Positions 10,430 to 21,793 of a DNA stretch of 64,000 nucleotides are shown piece by piece. This stretch comes from an uncultured Gammaproteobacteria bacterium (lineage in GTDB: Bacteria; Pseudomonadota; Gammaproteobacteria; Nitrosococcales; Methylophagaceae): NCBI GenBank assembly GCA_905479985.1, contig CAJQOM010000022.1:3937-67936 (forward strand), in the 5' to 3' direction. Below the pieces are notes generated by a model, which saw only the letters and a list, made by a program, of their open reading frames with translations, had not been told where the DNA came from and searched no databases. Each line of letters begins with the position of its first letter. Within the stretch, counting starts at the first letter, position 1. The position numbers and the translations under genes were made by a program.

Positions 10430-11770
10430 TTATTTACCAATACAGAAACTAGAGAAGATCTGGTCTAACAGATCTTCATTAGTAAACGTCCCTGTAATCT
10501 CACCCAAAGCATGCTGAGCTTGTCGTAATTCCTCAGCCAACAACTCACCCGCCCCTAAGCCAGACAAGCAGTCGTAACCCGTTGCTATTGCTAACCGAGC
10601 ACGCTGCAGTGCATCCAAATGACGGCGGCGGGCGATAAACACCCCTTCATCTTGTGGATGATAGCCGACTGAATCACACAAATATTGCTTCAGTAAAACC
10701 ATACCATCACCCGTCTTAGCCGAGAGATAAAGACTAGTTTGTCCTGCCTCTTCTACCAAGCTCGCTGCCAAACCCTGTTTATCAATTTTGTTATAAACCA
10801 ACGTCAATGGAATCGATGGCGGCAGCTCAGACAAAATACGTTCGTCTTCTACTGTCAGCCCTTTTTCATGATCTAAAATCAATAAAATACGATCGGCCTC
10901 AGCCAATTCATTCTGTGTTCGTCTGATGCCTTCTTTCTCTACGACATCAGTTGCATCATGCAAACCAGCCGTATCAGAAATACTGAGCGGCAGACCGCCG
11001 ATGTGAATCTGTTCTCGCAAGATATCCCGTGTTGTACCAGCCACATCGGTCACAATCGCCGCATCATGACCCGCTAATTGATTATGTAAGCTCGACTTAC
11101 CGGCATTGGGCTGTCCGGCCAAGACCACCCGCAGTCCATCTCTCAACAGTCGGCCTTGTTGCGCGCTATCACTAATCGCATCAACCGTCTTTAATAACCC
11201 TTGTAACTGTTGATCGACCGCCGCTTCACCTAAGAAATCGATTTCTTCATCACTAAAGTCGATTGCGGCCTCAACATAAATACGTAAATCAGTCAGTTCT
11301 TTTAATAATTGATTAACCCGATCAGAAAATACACCCTGCAAAGAGCGCATTGCACTACGGGCTGCTTGCGCCGTTGTGCTTTCAATGAGATCGGCGACCG
11401 CTTCAGCTTGGGCCAGATCCATCTTATTATTCAGAAAAGCACGCTCAGAAAATTCGCCAGGCTTAGCCATCCGTGCACCCAAACTAATCGCACGCTGACA
11501 AAGTTGATCTAGGACCAACGGGCTGCCATGCCCTTGCAGCTCAACAACATCCTCTCCGGTGAAAGAAGCAGGGTTAGGAAAAAATAAGGCGATACCACTA
11601 TCAATGATATCGCCCTGTGCATCTTTAAAATGGCTAAACATCGCATGGCGAGGAGAAGGTAACCGACCACAGATTTGCGTTGCTATTTCGGCACTTCGGC
11701 TACCCGATAACCGAACCACACCCACGCCACCACGGCCCGGTGCTGTCGCAATGGCAACAATTGTCTCCAT
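10430..11770 (-). CDS. mnmE: tRNA modification GTPase MnmE
   Basis: METIVAIATAPGRGGVGVVRLSG N-terminus, G-domain GQPNAGKSS / DTAGL, C-terminal CIGK. Start set at the internal Met because the longer ORF overlaps the yidC stop. Confidence 0.9.
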   Translation of the reverse strand: METIVAIATAPGRGGVGVVRLSGSRSAEIATQICGRLPSPRHAMFSHFKDAQGDIIDSGIALFFPNPASFTGEDVVELQGHGSPLVLDQLCQRAISLGARMAKPGEFSERAFLNNKMDLAQAEAVADLIESTTAQAARSAMRSLQGVFSDRVNQLLKELTDLRIYVEAAIDFSDEEIDFLGEAAVDQQLQGLLKTVDAISDSAQQGRLLRDGLRVVLAGQPNAGKSSLHNQLAGHDAAIVTDVAGTTRDILREQIHIGGLPLSISDTAGLHDATDVVEKEGIRRTQNELAEADRILLILDHEKGLTVEDERILSELPPSIPLTLVYNKIDKQGLAASLVEEAGQTSLYLSAKTGDGMVLLKQYLCDSVGYHPQDEGVFIARRRHLDALQRARLAIATGYDCLSGLGAGELLAEELRQAQHALGEITGTFTNEDLLDQIFSSFCIGK

Positions 11771-11781
11771 CGTCTGAAAAG

Positions 11782-13446
11782 CTAAATAGCACCCATTTGA
11801 CGTGTGATATACCACTGTTGTGCAATCGATAGAATGTTATTCACAACCCAGTACAAAACAAGGCCTGACGGGAAGAAAGCAAAGAAAACCGTAAACACCA
11901 ACGGGAACGCTTTCATCACCATCGCTTGAGCAGGGTCTTGCGGCGCCGGGTTCAACTTTTGTTGAATAAACATGCTAACACCAAATAACACCGGCAAGAT
12001 GAAGTACGGATCCATTGCGGTCAAGTCATTCAACCACCAGATAAAATCGGCTTGGCGCAGCTCTATACTCTCAACTAACACCCAATAAAAGGCCAAGAAA
12101 ACCGGCATCTGAACTAAGACCGGTAAACACCCGCCTAATGGGTTAATTTTTTCAGTTTTATACAGCTCCATCATCGCTTTATTAAACTGCTGCTTATCAT
12201 CACCAAAACGCTCTTTTAACGTCGCTAATTTCGGCGTTAATTTACGCATACCCGCCATAGAACGATAGCTGGCAGCAGATAATTTATAAAAAGCTAATTT
12301 AATCAACACGGTCAAAAATACAATCGACCAGCCCCAGTTATTGGTCACTTTATGGATCCATTCCATCACCGTAAATAACGGCTGTGAAATAATCGTCAAC
12401 ACACCGTAATCTACCGTCAAATCTAAGTATTCAACAATGGGTTCAAGCCGTTTATGTTCTTTCGGGCCCAAATACATACTGTATTTTGCCTGTGCCGAGT
12501 CACCGGCTGCGATTGTCACCGTCGGCATCTTCATGCCAGCAGTATAATTCTGCTCATTAATCGATTTGCCGTAAAAGCTTTTTTCTTGATCATCTAATGC
12601 AGGAATCAATGCCGCGACAAAGTAATGCTGAATCATTGATGCCCAACCGCTCGTTGATGTCTTCAAATAAGCCGCATCATCAAGATCATCAAAATCTATC
12701 TTCTCATATTCCTCACCGGGGCTTGAGAACACCGCACCGGTGTAGGTGTAAATCAACATACTGTCATCACTAGGACGGTTACGGTTAAATTGGGCATAAG
12801 GATAGGCAGAAAAAGTCTGACCACTGGCATTAGTCACTTGATAGTCGACATCAACCAAATAACTATCTCGTTTAAAACGATAAGTTTTTGTGACCTTCAA
12901 ACCATCATCAGATTGCCAATGTAATGGCACCACCAAAGTATCAACACCGTCACTTAACACATATTCAGATTGCTCAGCAGCATATTGCTCGTAATGAGTT
13001 GGCGCTTTCGCATCAGAACGTAGGCCTGATTGCACAACAAAAAACTGGCCTGCCGCATCATTTAAAAATTGTACCGGTACATTAGGATCAGATGATTCAA
13101 TCGGGTATTTCAATAATGCCAAACGACGAATATCTGCACCTTTCGGATCGATATAAACATCCATCACATCGGTTTTAACATGCACTTGGCTTTGCGTAGT
13201 CCTTGTAACAGCACCCACTTCAATTGCAGGCAAGCTGCCGTCCGCAACTACATTATCAATAGGCAGATCAGGTAAATCACCTTTAACTGCTTCTTGGCCA
13301 CTCACCGCTGAAACTGGCGCGGGTGATTGTGCAGCCGCCTGCTCAGCAACTTGGGCTGAGCGGACATACTCTTTTTGCCAGGCTTCCCATAATAATAATG
13401 AGACAACTAACAAACCGAATATAAGAAAAGTTTTAATATTATCCAT
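11782..13446 (-). CDS. yidC: Membrane protein insertase YidC
   Basis: 554 aa with an N-terminal TM, a large periplasmic domain and a conserved C-terminal 60 kDa insertase core. Position between mnmE and yidD. Confidence 0.95.
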   Translation of the reverse strand: MDNIKTFLIFGLLVVSLLLWEAWQKEYVRSAQVAEQAAAQSPAPVSAVSGQEAVKGDLPDLPIDNVVADGSLPAIEVGAVTRTTQSQVHVKTDVMDVYIDPKGADIRRLALLKYPIESSDPNVPVQFLNDAAGQFFVVQSGLRSDAKAPTHYEQYAAEQSEYVLSDGVDTLVVPLHWQSDDGLKVTKTYRFKRDSYLVDVDYQVTNASGQTFSAYPYAQFNRNRPSDDSMLIYTYTGAVFSSPGEEYEKIDFDDLDDAAYLKTSTSGWASMIQHYFVAALIPALDDQEKSFYGKSINEQNYTAGMKMPTVTIAAGDSAQAKYSMYLGPKEHKRLEPIVEYLDLTVDYGVLTIISQPLFTVMEWIHKVTNNWGWSIVFLTVLIKLAFYKLSAASYRSMAGMRKLTPKLATLKERFGDDKQQFNKAMMELYKTEKINPLGGCLPVLVQMPVFLAFYWVLVESIELRQADFIWWLNDLTAMDPYFILPVLFGVSMFIQQKLNPAPQDPAQAMVMKAFPLVFTVFFAFFPSGLVLYWVVNNILSIAQQWYITRQMGAI

Positions 13447-13717
13447 TGCGTTTTTCTATCTTTAGTTCAGGAACAGGATCGATGCCGCCCTCATGCCAAG
13501 GGTGACAGTGTGAAAGCCGGCGTAAGCCAAGCCAAGTACCGCGTATGATGCCAAAACGGGTGATTGCTTCCATCATATAATGCGAACAAGTAGGATGAAA
13601 ACGACAATTCGAGCCCAATAACGGGCTGACAAGAAATTGATATGCTCGGATGAGTCGAATTAGGATTTTTGCCACTGTGTTGCCACCGTTTGCCAATGCC
13701 GCTCTAATGTCACCCAA
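13439..13717 (-). CDS. yidD: Membrane protein insertion efficiency factor YidD
   Basis: [26 protein letters not shown] and [12 protein letters not shown] motifs. Start uncertain: the ORF overlaps the rnpA 3' end. Confidence 0.8.
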   Translation of the reverse strand: MGDIRAALANGGNTVAKILIRLIRAYQFLVSPLLGSNCRFHPTCSHYMMEAITRFGIIRGTWLGLRRLSHCHPWHEGGIDPVPELKIEKRNG

Positions 13718-14013
13718 ATTTGTGCCATCTCACGCTGACTCACATCACCTCGTGACAACACAACAATATCGATATTGGCCAACACCGATTGATGCTGCCG
13801 AAATGATGTTCTAATAACACGCTTTAATTGATTGCGGCGCGTTGCCAACTTGAGATGCTTCTTCGCAATGGCCAATCCCAATCGAGGATGGCCAACTGAA
13901 TTCTCAACAGTTAACACCGTCAGACCACCTTTACTGGAACGTTTAGCCTGACGAAAGACCCGAGTATAATCCCTCGGGTTGTTCATTCTCATGGCCCGGC
14001 TAAATTTTGCCAA
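13660..14013 (-). CDS. rnpA: RNase P protein component
   Basis: Basic 117-aa protein with RLGLAIAKK and RNQLKRVIR motifs, downstream of rpmH. Confidence 0.85.
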   Translation of the reverse strand: MAKFSRAMRMNNPRDYTRVFRQAKRSSKGGLTVLTVENSVGHPRLGLAIAKKHLKLATRRNQLKRVIRTSFRQHQSVLANIDIVVLSRGDVSQREMAQIWVTLERHWQTVATQWQKS

Positions 14014-14042
14014 GTCATGTCTCCCTATTTTATTGAGGGAAA

Positions 14043-14177
14043 TTAAACAGTTAAGCTTGCACGGCCTTTTGCACGACGCGCATTAATCACACGACGCCCA
14101 CCGACTGTTCTCATACGCGCACGAAAGCCGTGAGTACGATTACGCTTTATATTACTAGGCTGAAAAGTTCTTTTCAT
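14043..14177 (-). CDS. rpmH: 50S ribosomal protein L34
   Basis: Not in the ORF track (44 aa). Hand translation of the minus strand gives [44 protein letters not shown] followed by a stop. Confidence 0.9.
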   Translation of the reverse strand: MKRTFQPSNIKRNRTHGFRARMRTVGGRRVINARRAKGRASLTV

Positions 14178-14434
14178 TTCACCAACTCCAAAATTTCAAT
14201 GTTTGTTTATCACCAAACCAAGATAGTCAGTCGGGCAAAAGGGGTGAAATTATAGTGCTTTATCACCCATTAAGTCAAACACCACATGAACTAAATCGCA
14301 TAAGTTTTACTTGCTAAAAAAATGCATTGGCGATAACGTTACCGGTCTTGCTGTGGCATTATACTATTAATCGTAAATTACACTTACTTGATTGATAAGC
14401 GATCTAACCCAATCTAGTTCTTTAAGGAGTCTCT

Positions 14435-15787
14435 GTGTCTTCATCCCTATGGGAAAAATGTCTATCCCATCTTGAAGGTGAATTGTCAGTTCAACAGCTG
14501 AACACTTGGCTACGTCCATTACAAGCAATAGAGACTGAAAACACCCTACGCTTACTGGCGCCAAACGCCTACGTTCAAGCCTGGGTACAAGAACAACTTG
14601 AACCCACACTCAATGATCTTATTAGTAAACTAAGCCAAGGTAAAGTCAAACAAATTCAGATCGAAGTCGGCACCCATGGCATAGAAGAAGCAAAAGCACC
14701 CGTCAAAACTGCCAATAAACAACAACGCCCGACCTCGAATGCCAACAAAGCCGAACCGGCATTAGGCAGCCCAATGAACCCACTCTTTACCTTTGACACC
14801 TTTGTCGAAGGTAAATCGAATCAAATTGCCCGTGCGGGCTCCCTCCATGTGGCAGAAGCGCCGGGAACATCAGGTTATAATCCACTCTTCTTATATGGTG
14901 GTACCGGCTTAGGAAAAACCCATTTGATGCTTGCAGTGGGTAATCAGATCAAGAAAAACAATCCCAACGCCCGCGTTATGTATCTGTCTTCAGAACGCTT
15001 TGTACAAGATATGATCACCTCTTTACGCAACAACGTTATCGACCAATTCAAAGCCCATTACCGCAATGTCGACGCCTTATTGATCGATGACATCCAATTC
15101 TTTGCCAAAAAAGAACGATCACAAGAAGAATTCTTCTACACCTTTAACAACTTATTAGAAGGCCAACGCCAAATCATCTTGACCTGTGATCGCTTCCCGA
15201 AAGAAGTCGATAACTTAGATGAGCGACTACAATCTCGGCTCGGCTGGGGATTAACCGTTGCCATCGAGCCGCCCGAACTCGAAACTCGCGTCGCTATCCT
15301 CATCAAAAAAGCACATCAAAACCTGATTGAGTTACCCGAAGACGTTGCTTTCTTCATTGCCAAACGCATCCGTTCCAATGTGCGAGATCTAGAAGGCGCG
15401 CTACAACGTGTTTTAGCTTATTCACGGTTTACCCGCCAGCCCTTATCGATCGACATGGCACAAGAAGCCCTAAAAGATCTATTGGCTTTACATCAAAAAT
15501 TAGTCACGCTAGAGAATATTCAAAAGACCGTCGCAGGCTACTTCAAAATCCGCGTATCAGACCTACTAGCCAAAAAACGCACACGCTCCATTGCCCGCCC
15601 AAGACAAATTGCCATGGCGTTAGCAAAAGAGCTCACTAACCACAGTCTGCCAGAAATCGGCGAAGCCTTCGGTGGCCGAGACCACACCACCGTGCTACAT
15701 GCTTGCAGAAAAGTAGCAGAATTACTTGAAACCGACAGCCGTATCGCGGAAGATCACCGAAACCTATTCAGAACCCTATCCAGCTAA
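14435..15787 (+). CDS. dnaA: Chromosomal replication initiator DnaA
   Basis: GTG start 7 nt after AAGGAG. AAA+ Walker [11 protein letters not shown], and domain [11 protein letters not shown]. Confidence 0.95.
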   Translation: MSSSLWEKCLSHLEGELSVQQLNTWLRPLQAIETENTLRLLAPNAYVQAWVQEQLEPTLNDLISKLSQGKVKQIQIEVGTHGIEEAKAPVKTANKQQRPTSNANKAEPALGSPMNPLFTFDTFVEGKSNQIARAGSLHVAEAPGTSGYNPLFLYGGTGLGKTHLMLAVGNQIKKNNPNARVMYLSSERFVQDMITSLRNNVIDQFKAHYRNVDALLIDDIQFFAKKERSQEEFFYTFNNLLEGQRQIILTCDRFPKEVDNLDERLQSRLGWGLTVAIEPPELETRVAILIKKAHQNLIELPEDVAFFIAKRIRSNVRDLEGALQRVLAYSRFTRQPLSIDMAQEALKDLLALHQKLVTLENIQKTVAGYFKIRVSDLLAKKRTRSIARPRQIAMALAKELTNHSLPEIGEAFGGRDHTTVLHACRKVAELLETDSRIAEDHRNLFRTLSS

Positions 15788-15795
15788 ACGAGAGA

Positions 15796-16905
15796 ATGAC
15801 CATGCAGTTTACAGTCAGCCAAGAAACCATTGTCCGGCCATTGCAATTAGTGTGCAGCATCGTTGAACGACGCGCGACACTCCCCATTTTATCGACCATT
15901 CTACTGAAAGCACATGGGTCACAATTGACCATGACCAGTACTGATATGGAATTAGAGATGATAGCAACGCTCCCCGTTGCCGTCGAACAAGAAGGCAAAA
16001 CAACCGTCTCCGCGCGTAAGTTTCTCGACATTTGCCGTGCGCTACCTTCTAATGCCACCATCAGTTTCCAAGCTAAAGACAATAAAGCCCTCGTTAAAGC
16101 AGGAAAAAGCCGCTTCTCATTATCCACTTTACCGAGTGAAGATTTCCCTGATAGCGAAGGCGCTAACTACATTGATGAAATTAGCCTGCCACAATCAGCA
16201 CTTAAATCATTGCTCGATGAAACCAGTTTTGCCATGGCCAGCCAAGATGTCCGGTATTACCTCAACGGCTTATTATTAGAACGTGAGGACGCTGCATTAC
16301 GTGCCATTGCAACAGATGGTCATCGTTTAGCATTAGGCAGCTTAACCACCTCAAACAAGGCTAAAGAGAAAACCAACGTCATAGTGCCTCGTAAAGCCAT
16401 TATAGAATTAGGCCGCTTACTCAATGACAGCGAAGAGTCTGTCACCGTCGCATTCAGTAACCAGCAAATCAAAGTCGAATTACCCGACTTACATTTCACA
16501 TCAAAACTGATCGATGGCCAGTTTCCTAACTACCAACGTGTTATTCCTGTTGGCGGTGATAAAGAAGTCATTGCAGAACGCGATATGCTTAAGCAAGCAC
16601 TGTCTCGTGCCGCTATTTTATCCAGCGACAAACACCGCAGCGTTCGCATTAATTTAGAAACCAACTTATTCAAAGCCACTGTCGTCAACCAAGAACAAGA
16701 ATCCGCAGAAGAAGAAATCAGCGCTGACTATACCGGCAGTCCATTAGAAATTGCCTTCAATAACGCCTATCTATTAGATCTACTCAACGCCATGCCAGAT
16801 CAAAAAGTCAAAATGACCTTCAGTGATGATAATAGCAGCGTGTTAATTACACCCTTTGATGAAAAGCTTGATCGTCAATATGTCGTAATGCCCATGCGGC
16901 TATAA
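15796..16905 (+). CDS. dnaN: DNA polymerase III beta sliding clamp
   Basis: 369 aa, ending YVVMPMRL, directly after dnaA. Confidence 0.95.
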   Translation: MTMQFTVSQETIVRPLQLVCSIVERRATLPILSTILLKAHGSQLTMTSTDMELEMIATLPVAVEQEGKTTVSARKFLDICRALPSNATISFQAKDNKALVKAGKSRFSLSTLPSEDFPDSEGANYIDEISLPQSALKSLLDETSFAMASQDVRYYLNGLLLEREDAALRAIATDGHRLALGSLTTSNKAKEKTNVIVPRKAIIELGRLLNDSEESVTVAFSNQQIKVELPDLHFTSKLIDGQFPNYQRVIPVGGDKEVIAERDMLKQALSRAAILSSDKHRSVRINLETNLFKATVVNQEQESAEEEISADYTGSPLEIAFNNAYLLDLLNAMPDQKVKMTFSDDNSSVLITPFDEKLDRQYVVMPMRL

Positions 16906-16940
16906 GCTTTAGAGAGCATTGCACAAGCTGGGATTTTATT

Positions 16941-17024
16941 CCCTAGCAAGGCAAAAACGCACGGAATGAGGAAGTTTATACGCATAAATGACCCATTGTG
17001 ACCATTTTTAACGCCGCTACAGGG
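16941..17024. repeat. Imperfect inverted-repeat element between convergent dnaN and the antiporter gene
   Basis: Arms CCCTAGCAAGGC (16941-16952) and GCCGCTACAGGG (17013-17024). The left arm shares the 11-mer CCCTAGCAAGG with the RAYT leader at 55037. Confidence 0.3.
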
Positions 17025-17048
17025 CAAAAGAACAATCGTGCAGTGGTC

Positions 17049-18782
17049 TCAGTGTTTGAGCTCACCCATCACCACACGGTTATCAGACACTTTCTGCACC
17101 ACGTCTGAATAATAGTCATTTCTAAACGCCTCGATCACGCTTTCGATATCTTCCTGATCAACACCATTACCTTGTAAAACCTCTTCTGACAAACGCAAGC
17201 TGGTTTCAAGCGTTTCTGAAATGGCTGTACTGGCACCTTGCGTAATCAATTCAGCACAATGACGCCGATCTTTAGCCCGCGCATGAATCGGTAAATGAGG
17301 ATAATACTGTCTCACTAAGGGCACTAAGCGATCAAAATGCGCTGGATTATCCATCGCCACCACCACCATTTTAGCTTTGGCCGCACCCGCTGCTTGCAAC
17401 ACCTTCACATTACTCGCATCACCATAAAAAACGCTAAACCCTTGCGCCCGAGCGGCCTTAACCCTTTTTTGACTCATATCAATCGCCACATACGGTACAT
17501 TAGCAGCATTTAAAATCGCGCCAATCCGAGCACCAACACGACCAAAACCCGCCAAAATAACATGGCCTTCTGTCTCATCAAATAATGGACAAAAATCGCC
17601 TTCTTCATCGCCATCCGCCACATAAAAACGGGTAGTCAAATAATTCGCCCCTTTCACAACAAACGGCGTCAACACCATCGTTAAGGCAATCACCAATGTC
17701 AGTAGGTTACCAAGTTGCGTCTCTAACACACCGGATAGCGTGGCGAAGCCAAACATCACAAAGCCAAACTCACCACTTTGAGACAATAATGCCGCTGTCT
17801 GGACAGAAACATTATGTCGCGCACCTGAAAAGCGTGCCAAGAAATAAACAATAAGACCTTTGACCAACATTAAGCCCACTGTCAGGCCAATCACCACCCA
17901 AAACTGATACCATAACAGCGCGAAATCAATGCCCATCCCAACCGTCATGAAGAACAGTCCGAGCAAAATACCCCTGAACGGTAAAATATCAGCTTCAATC
18001 TGATGTCGGTAATGTGATTCCGCTAGCATCGTACCGGCAAGGAAAGCCCCTAATGCCATTGAGAACCCAATGCTCTCCATAATCCATGCCATACCCAAAA
18101 CAAGCAGTACAGCCAATGCAACAAACACATCAGGATCTTGACTCGCAACGATTTTGCCTAAAACAGGGTTCAGTAAATAATGCCCTGCGACCAATAACGC
18201 AATAATAATTAAAACAGCATAACCAAAACCGATATTCGACTCAGCCGCTGCCGAGGCCCCGCCGGCAAACATAGACACCAAAGCAAGAAGCGGCACGACA
18301 GAAAGATCTTGTAATAACAAAATTGAAAAGGACATTTGACCCATTTGCGTCGAAATACCACCCCGCTCGGCAAGTAACTTCAGACAGAAAGCAGTCGAGG
18401 ATAAGGCCAGACCAAACCCAATAATAATCGCCACATGATGGGGCACGTCAAATAATAGCGCGAAACCATAAATAACCCCGGCCGTCAGCAATAATTGGCC
18501 TAAGCCTAAGCCAATCACCATTTTGCGCATTTGCCATAACTTATCGGGCTTGAGTTCAATCCCAAGAACAAACAACAGGAAAATAACGCCAAACTCACCC
18601 AAATGGCGAATTTCTTCTACTTCAGTTAAGAGACCAAGACCCCAAGGACCTAGCAGCACACCAGCCGCTAAATAACCCAGAATTGCCCCAAGACGAATCG
18701 CATGGAAAATAGGAACAACAACCACCGTCGCCAATAGCAAAGCAAGTATATCGACTAAATAATGCGCCTCAGATCCACCCAT
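17049..18782 (-). CDS. CPA2-family monovalent cation:proton antiporter with C-terminal RCK/TrkA-N domain (KefB/KefC/YbaL-like)
   Basis: About 12 TM helices followed by the Rossmann motif HVILAGFGRVGARIG. Confidence 0.8.
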   Translation of the reverse strand: MGGSEAHYLVDILALLLATVVVVPIFHAIRLGAILGYLAAGVLLGPWGLGLLTEVEEIRHLGEFGVIFLLFVLGIELKPDKLWQMRKMVIGLGLGQLLLTAGVIYGFALLFDVPHHVAIIIGFGLALSSTAFCLKLLAERGGISTQMGQMSFSILLLQDLSVVPLLALVSMFAGGASAAAESNIGFGYAVLIIIALLVAGHYLLNPVLGKIVASQDPDVFVALAVLLVLGMAWIMESIGFSMALGAFLAGTMLAESHYRHQIEADILPFRGILLGLFFMTVGMGIDFALLWYQFWVVIGLTVGLMLVKGLIVYFLARFSGARHNVSVQTAALLSQSGEFGFVMFGFATLSGVLETQLGNLLTLVIALTMVLTPFVVKGANYLTTRFYVADGDEEGDFCPLFDETEGHVILAGFGRVGARIGAILNAANVPYVAIDMSQKRVKAARAQGFSVFYGDASNVKVLQAAGAAKAKMVVVAMDNPAHFDRLVPLVRQYYPHLPIHARAKDRRHCAELITQGASTAISETLETSLRLSEEVLQGNGVDQEDIESVIEAFRNDYYSDVVQKVSDNRVVMGELKH

Positions 18783-18805
18783 AAATTCTCAATACTCTTT
18801 TGCAC

Positions 18806-20008
18806 CTAAGTAAGTGCATCACCTTGTGACACCATCAGTGCTAACCCTTTCTGGTATGCCTCTAACACTGCCGGCCCATTACCCGCGGCCATAGCGAGCA
18901 CTTCGGCCAATTCTTGATAAGTCTCACCTCGTTCACCATGCACCAAACTTTCCCGCAAGCAACCTTCCGCTTCATCAGCTTGATTATTCGCCTTTAACAA
19001 GCGACCCAAAGTCAGTAGTAGCCATGGGTTATTCGGATGTTTTTTCATCCAGTGCTCCGCACGTTTCACTTGCCCATTGAGGTTATCAAGTTGAATCAAA
19101 CCATATTGATAAACCAGCTGGTCGCTCCAATCATTGTTCATAAACGCTTCGATTAACGGACCCGCTTCCTTACCTCTATCTTGCAGTATTAAACCGGCGA
19201 TATAAGCATGTGACATCGCTTCAGAATGACGAATTTTTGTCGGCGCTTTCTCCCAAATCTCACTGACACCATCCCAATCCTGTCTCGAAATCGCTGATTC
19301 TAATTGCCCAACCGTCGCGTCTGTCGACAAGGACTTCACATCGGCCGACGGTAAAACATGACGTTTTCGCAGATCAGGCAAAACATCTTGTACGCCCTGC
19401 CACTCATTCATCTCTGAATAAAGCTTTTGTAACTGCTGCAACACATAGGGATGTTTAGGCGACACTTCACGCAAATGCTGCAATGTCGCTAAAGCTTGTT
19501 CCTTTTGATCTGATGCCAATTGTAATTCCGCCTGAACAACCCCGACAGCAATATCAGCGCCATCCGTTGTTTCATGGGCCAACCGTAAATAATTATCTCT
19601 ACGTTCACCTGCATCTTGTTTTTGGGCCGCACGGGCCGCCGCTAAATAGTGTAATAACGGTGTTTCACTATGCCCGGCATAACGCATTAATAAACGTTCT
19701 GCTTCTGACCAACGGCCTTCTTCCAACGTAATCAAACCACGCGTTAACGTCTCATTGGCACGTGTTAACCGCTTTGCTGACTGCCAACGCGATAATTTCC
19801 CAGGTGCCTGCTTAATCAACACCAGACTTTTCAAAGCCCAGTAAGCCGCCAAGACCAACAACACAAAGGCCACGGCAAACACCACTAATGATGTTTCAAG
19901 GCTCCAACTGCCATACTGTAATAAAACAAAACCCGGCTCAAACTCTGCCAACCACATTAAGCCCCCGCCAATCAGCAAGGCTATTGCAATAATGATCAAT
20001 AATTTCAT
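18806..20008 (-). CDS. hemY: HemY-like TPR membrane protein
   Basis: Two N-terminal TM helices then TPR-like repeats. Last gene of the hemC-hemD-hemX-hemY cluster. Confidence 0.75.
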   Translation of the reverse strand: MKLLIIIAIALLIGGGLMWLAEFEPGFVLLQYGSWSLETSLVVFAVAFVLLVLAAYWALKSLVLIKQAPGKLSRWQSAKRLTRANETLTRGLITLEEGRWSEAERLLMRYAGHSETPLLHYLAAARAAQKQDAGERRDNYLRLAHETTDGADIAVGVVQAELQLASDQKEQALATLQHLREVSPKHPYVLQQLQKLYSEMNEWQGVQDVLPDLRKRHVLPSADVKSLSTDATVGQLESAISRQDWDGVSEIWEKAPTKIRHSEAMSHAYIAGLILQDRGKEAGPLIEAFMNNDWSDQLVYQYGLIQLDNLNGQVKRAEHWMKKHPNNPWLLLTLGRLLKANNQADEAEGCLRESLVHGERGETYQELAEVLAMAAGNGPAVLEAYQKGLALMVSQGDALT

Positions 20009-21051
20009 TACTGATCACCTTTTTCTTTTAACCACGCTAATGAAGCTGAAATGTCCGGCATCGCCACCGTAATTTTTTCACTGTTTAACGCGGTTAATGT
20101 TGCCAACACCGCATCGCGCTCTTCACCCACGAAATATTGCGTTAGCCACTTTTCAGCGGACGTTAAACTATCGTGATACACCGCTTCACGCCCTTCTAAT
20201 AACGCCAATCGCGCCGTTTCTAATTTAAGGTGCAAGTTTTGATACAAGAAATAACGTTCTTCAGGCACTAATACAGCGGCAGCACCATCCTGCTGATGTC
20301 TAATCACCACCAAAGACCGGACTTCATGCCAAGCAGCCGTTAACGCCCCTTTCCAATCGACAGCAGCCTCTGTCGACGCCACCTCTTCTTTTGCCGCTCT
20401 AGCAGCAACATCAGGCGCCATAAGAACCTGCAAAGTTTCCACTTTATCCAGCACACTTTGTAAGCGTAACGCTAAACCATCAATATCGACCTTCGTCACT
20501 GAAGACAAAGCCAATTGCTCATCCGCCAACAAAGCCCGTAGGCGATATAACCGGGGATCAGCCAGATCTTTTAGCTTTTCATCAGCCAATATTAATGCTG
20601 TCTTCGCCCCTTCATTATCGCCCGCTAGCAAGACGCGCTGACTGGCTGTTTGAAGTAAAAACTCGACTTCAGACATTGCCCAAACCCGCTTAACATCATC
20701 ATTGGTCATGTCTTGAACTTTAACAACCTCGGCAAGCTTTTCAGCTAAGCCGACATCAGCCGAGTTCAAATTCTCAAGTAATTGCGTTGTACTCGTCGAG
20801 CTAGAAGAAACCGTCGTATCTATTTGAGATAACCGGCCATCGAGTGCTTGTTGTGATGCTTTGACTTCTTCCGCCATCGCCGTCATCGCGATTTTTTGCT
20901 GCTCTATTAACCAATACAGTCCAGCACCTAAAATAAGCAAAATGAGAATTGCAATCCATAATAGAATAGGCTTAGACGGCTTTTTTTCTTGCACTGCCGC
21001 ATTCTCAACCGTGACCGGTTCCTTTTTCTTTTGTTCAGTATTATTAGCCAT
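20008..21051 (-). CDS. hemX: HemX-like membrane protein (putative uroporphyrinogen-III C-methyltransferase family annotation)
   Basis: Single TM (ILLWIAILILLILGAGLYWL) plus coiled-coil, located between hemD and hemY. Confidence 0.7.
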   Translation of the reverse strand: MANNTEQKKKEPVTVENAAVQEKKPSKPILLWIAILILLILGAGLYWLIEQQKIAMTAMAEEVKASQQALDGRLSQIDTTVSSSSTSTTQLLENLNSADVGLAEKLAEVVKVQDMTNDDVKRVWAMSEVEFLLQTASQRVLLAGDNEGAKTALILADEKLKDLADPRLYRLRALLADEQLALSSVTKVDIDGLALRLQSVLDKVETLQVLMAPDVAARAAKEEVASTEAAVDWKGALTAAWHEVRSLVVIRHQQDGAAAVLVPEERYFLYQNLHLKLETARLALLEGREAVYHDSLTSAEKWLTQYFVGEERDAVLATLTALNSEKITVAMPDISASLAWLKEKGDQ

Positions 21052-21793
21052 TCTCTTGTCCTATCTCGACTATTCGATTTACCACTGCAGCATCGCTGAC
21101 ATCATCTGACACAACAATATGCTGAAATCCTAATTCAACTGCAACCTGCTTAATACGCTCGCTGACAACCAACAACATTTTAAGCTTTATTGCCTCGTTA
21201 TTCACTATTTGACACAGGTTTTGTAATCCAGCAACGCTGGTCACAACAAGCCAATCTGCTAACAAAGCCGTTGACACCCGTGTCTCGTTATAAGTCGGCA
21301 GGCAACGACGATACACTTCTAGATAACTAATAGTAGCACCTCTCGCTATCAAGGTATCCGCCAGCAGTTCTCTACCCGTTTCACCACGCACAATTAATAT
21401 CTGTTTACCTGCCATATTTTGCATCTCAGGCAATGCCAACAGACTCTCGCTACCTGCAGGCGCTGGCGCCTGAATATCAACGCTCATCCCTGACGCTAGC
21501 AAACATCGCGCCGTCGCAGCACCAACAGCAATGTATTTGATATTGTCTGGCAATCGATCCTCGAAGCCAGCCACAAATGACAGCACAGCGTTACGACTGA
21601 CAAAAATCAACATATTTTGCTCTGCCATCGTCACGTCTGACCAATCTTCTAATGCAATTGGTACAATCTCTATCACAGGCAAAGACACCACCTCAGCACC
21701 TAACACCGTCAGTTTTTCCAACAGTATTGTTGCTTGCGCCTCAGGCCGTGTGATTAAAACACGGAGACCTTTAAGCGGTCGGCCCATCGCCAT
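21044..21793 (-). CDS. hemD: Uroporphyrinogen-III synthase
   Basis: 249 aa with LITRPE N-terminal motif. Overlaps the hemC 3' end. Confidence 0.8.
   Translation of the reverse strand: MAMGRPLKGLRVLITRPEAQATILLEKLTVLGAEVVSLPVIEIVPIALEDWSDVTMAEQNMLIFVSRNAVLSFVAGFEDRLPDNIKYIAVGAATARCLLASGMSVDIQAPAPAGSESLLALPEMQNMAGKQILIVRGETGRELLADTLIARGATISYLEVYRRCLPTYNETRVSTALLADWLVVTSVAGLQNLCQIVNNEAIKLKMLLVVSERIKQVAVELGFQHIVVSDDVSDAAVVNRIVEIGQENG

Noticed and set aside
11771-11815. N-terminal extensions of track ORFs: mnmE 11771-11815, atpB 39870-39926, purE 63270-63356, argH 22845-22871.
   Set aside because: The extensions overlap upstream genes or lack homology to the family N-termini. Internal Met codons align with the conserved protein starts.
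14178-14434. rpmH-dnaA spacer as oriC.
   Set aside because: Only two weak DnaA-box-like sequences (TTATCACCA, TTATCACCC) are present, and I saw no clear AT-rich 13-mer array. I cannot call an origin from this.
20808-20833. 13-mer ATCTATTTGAGAT inside hemX, identical to the MITE terminus, with nearby CGTCGTAT and ACTCGTCG similarities.
   Set aside because: It lies within an uninterrupted coding frame with no second terminal repeat or flanking duplication. I treat it as chance similarity unless a genome-wide search says otherwise.
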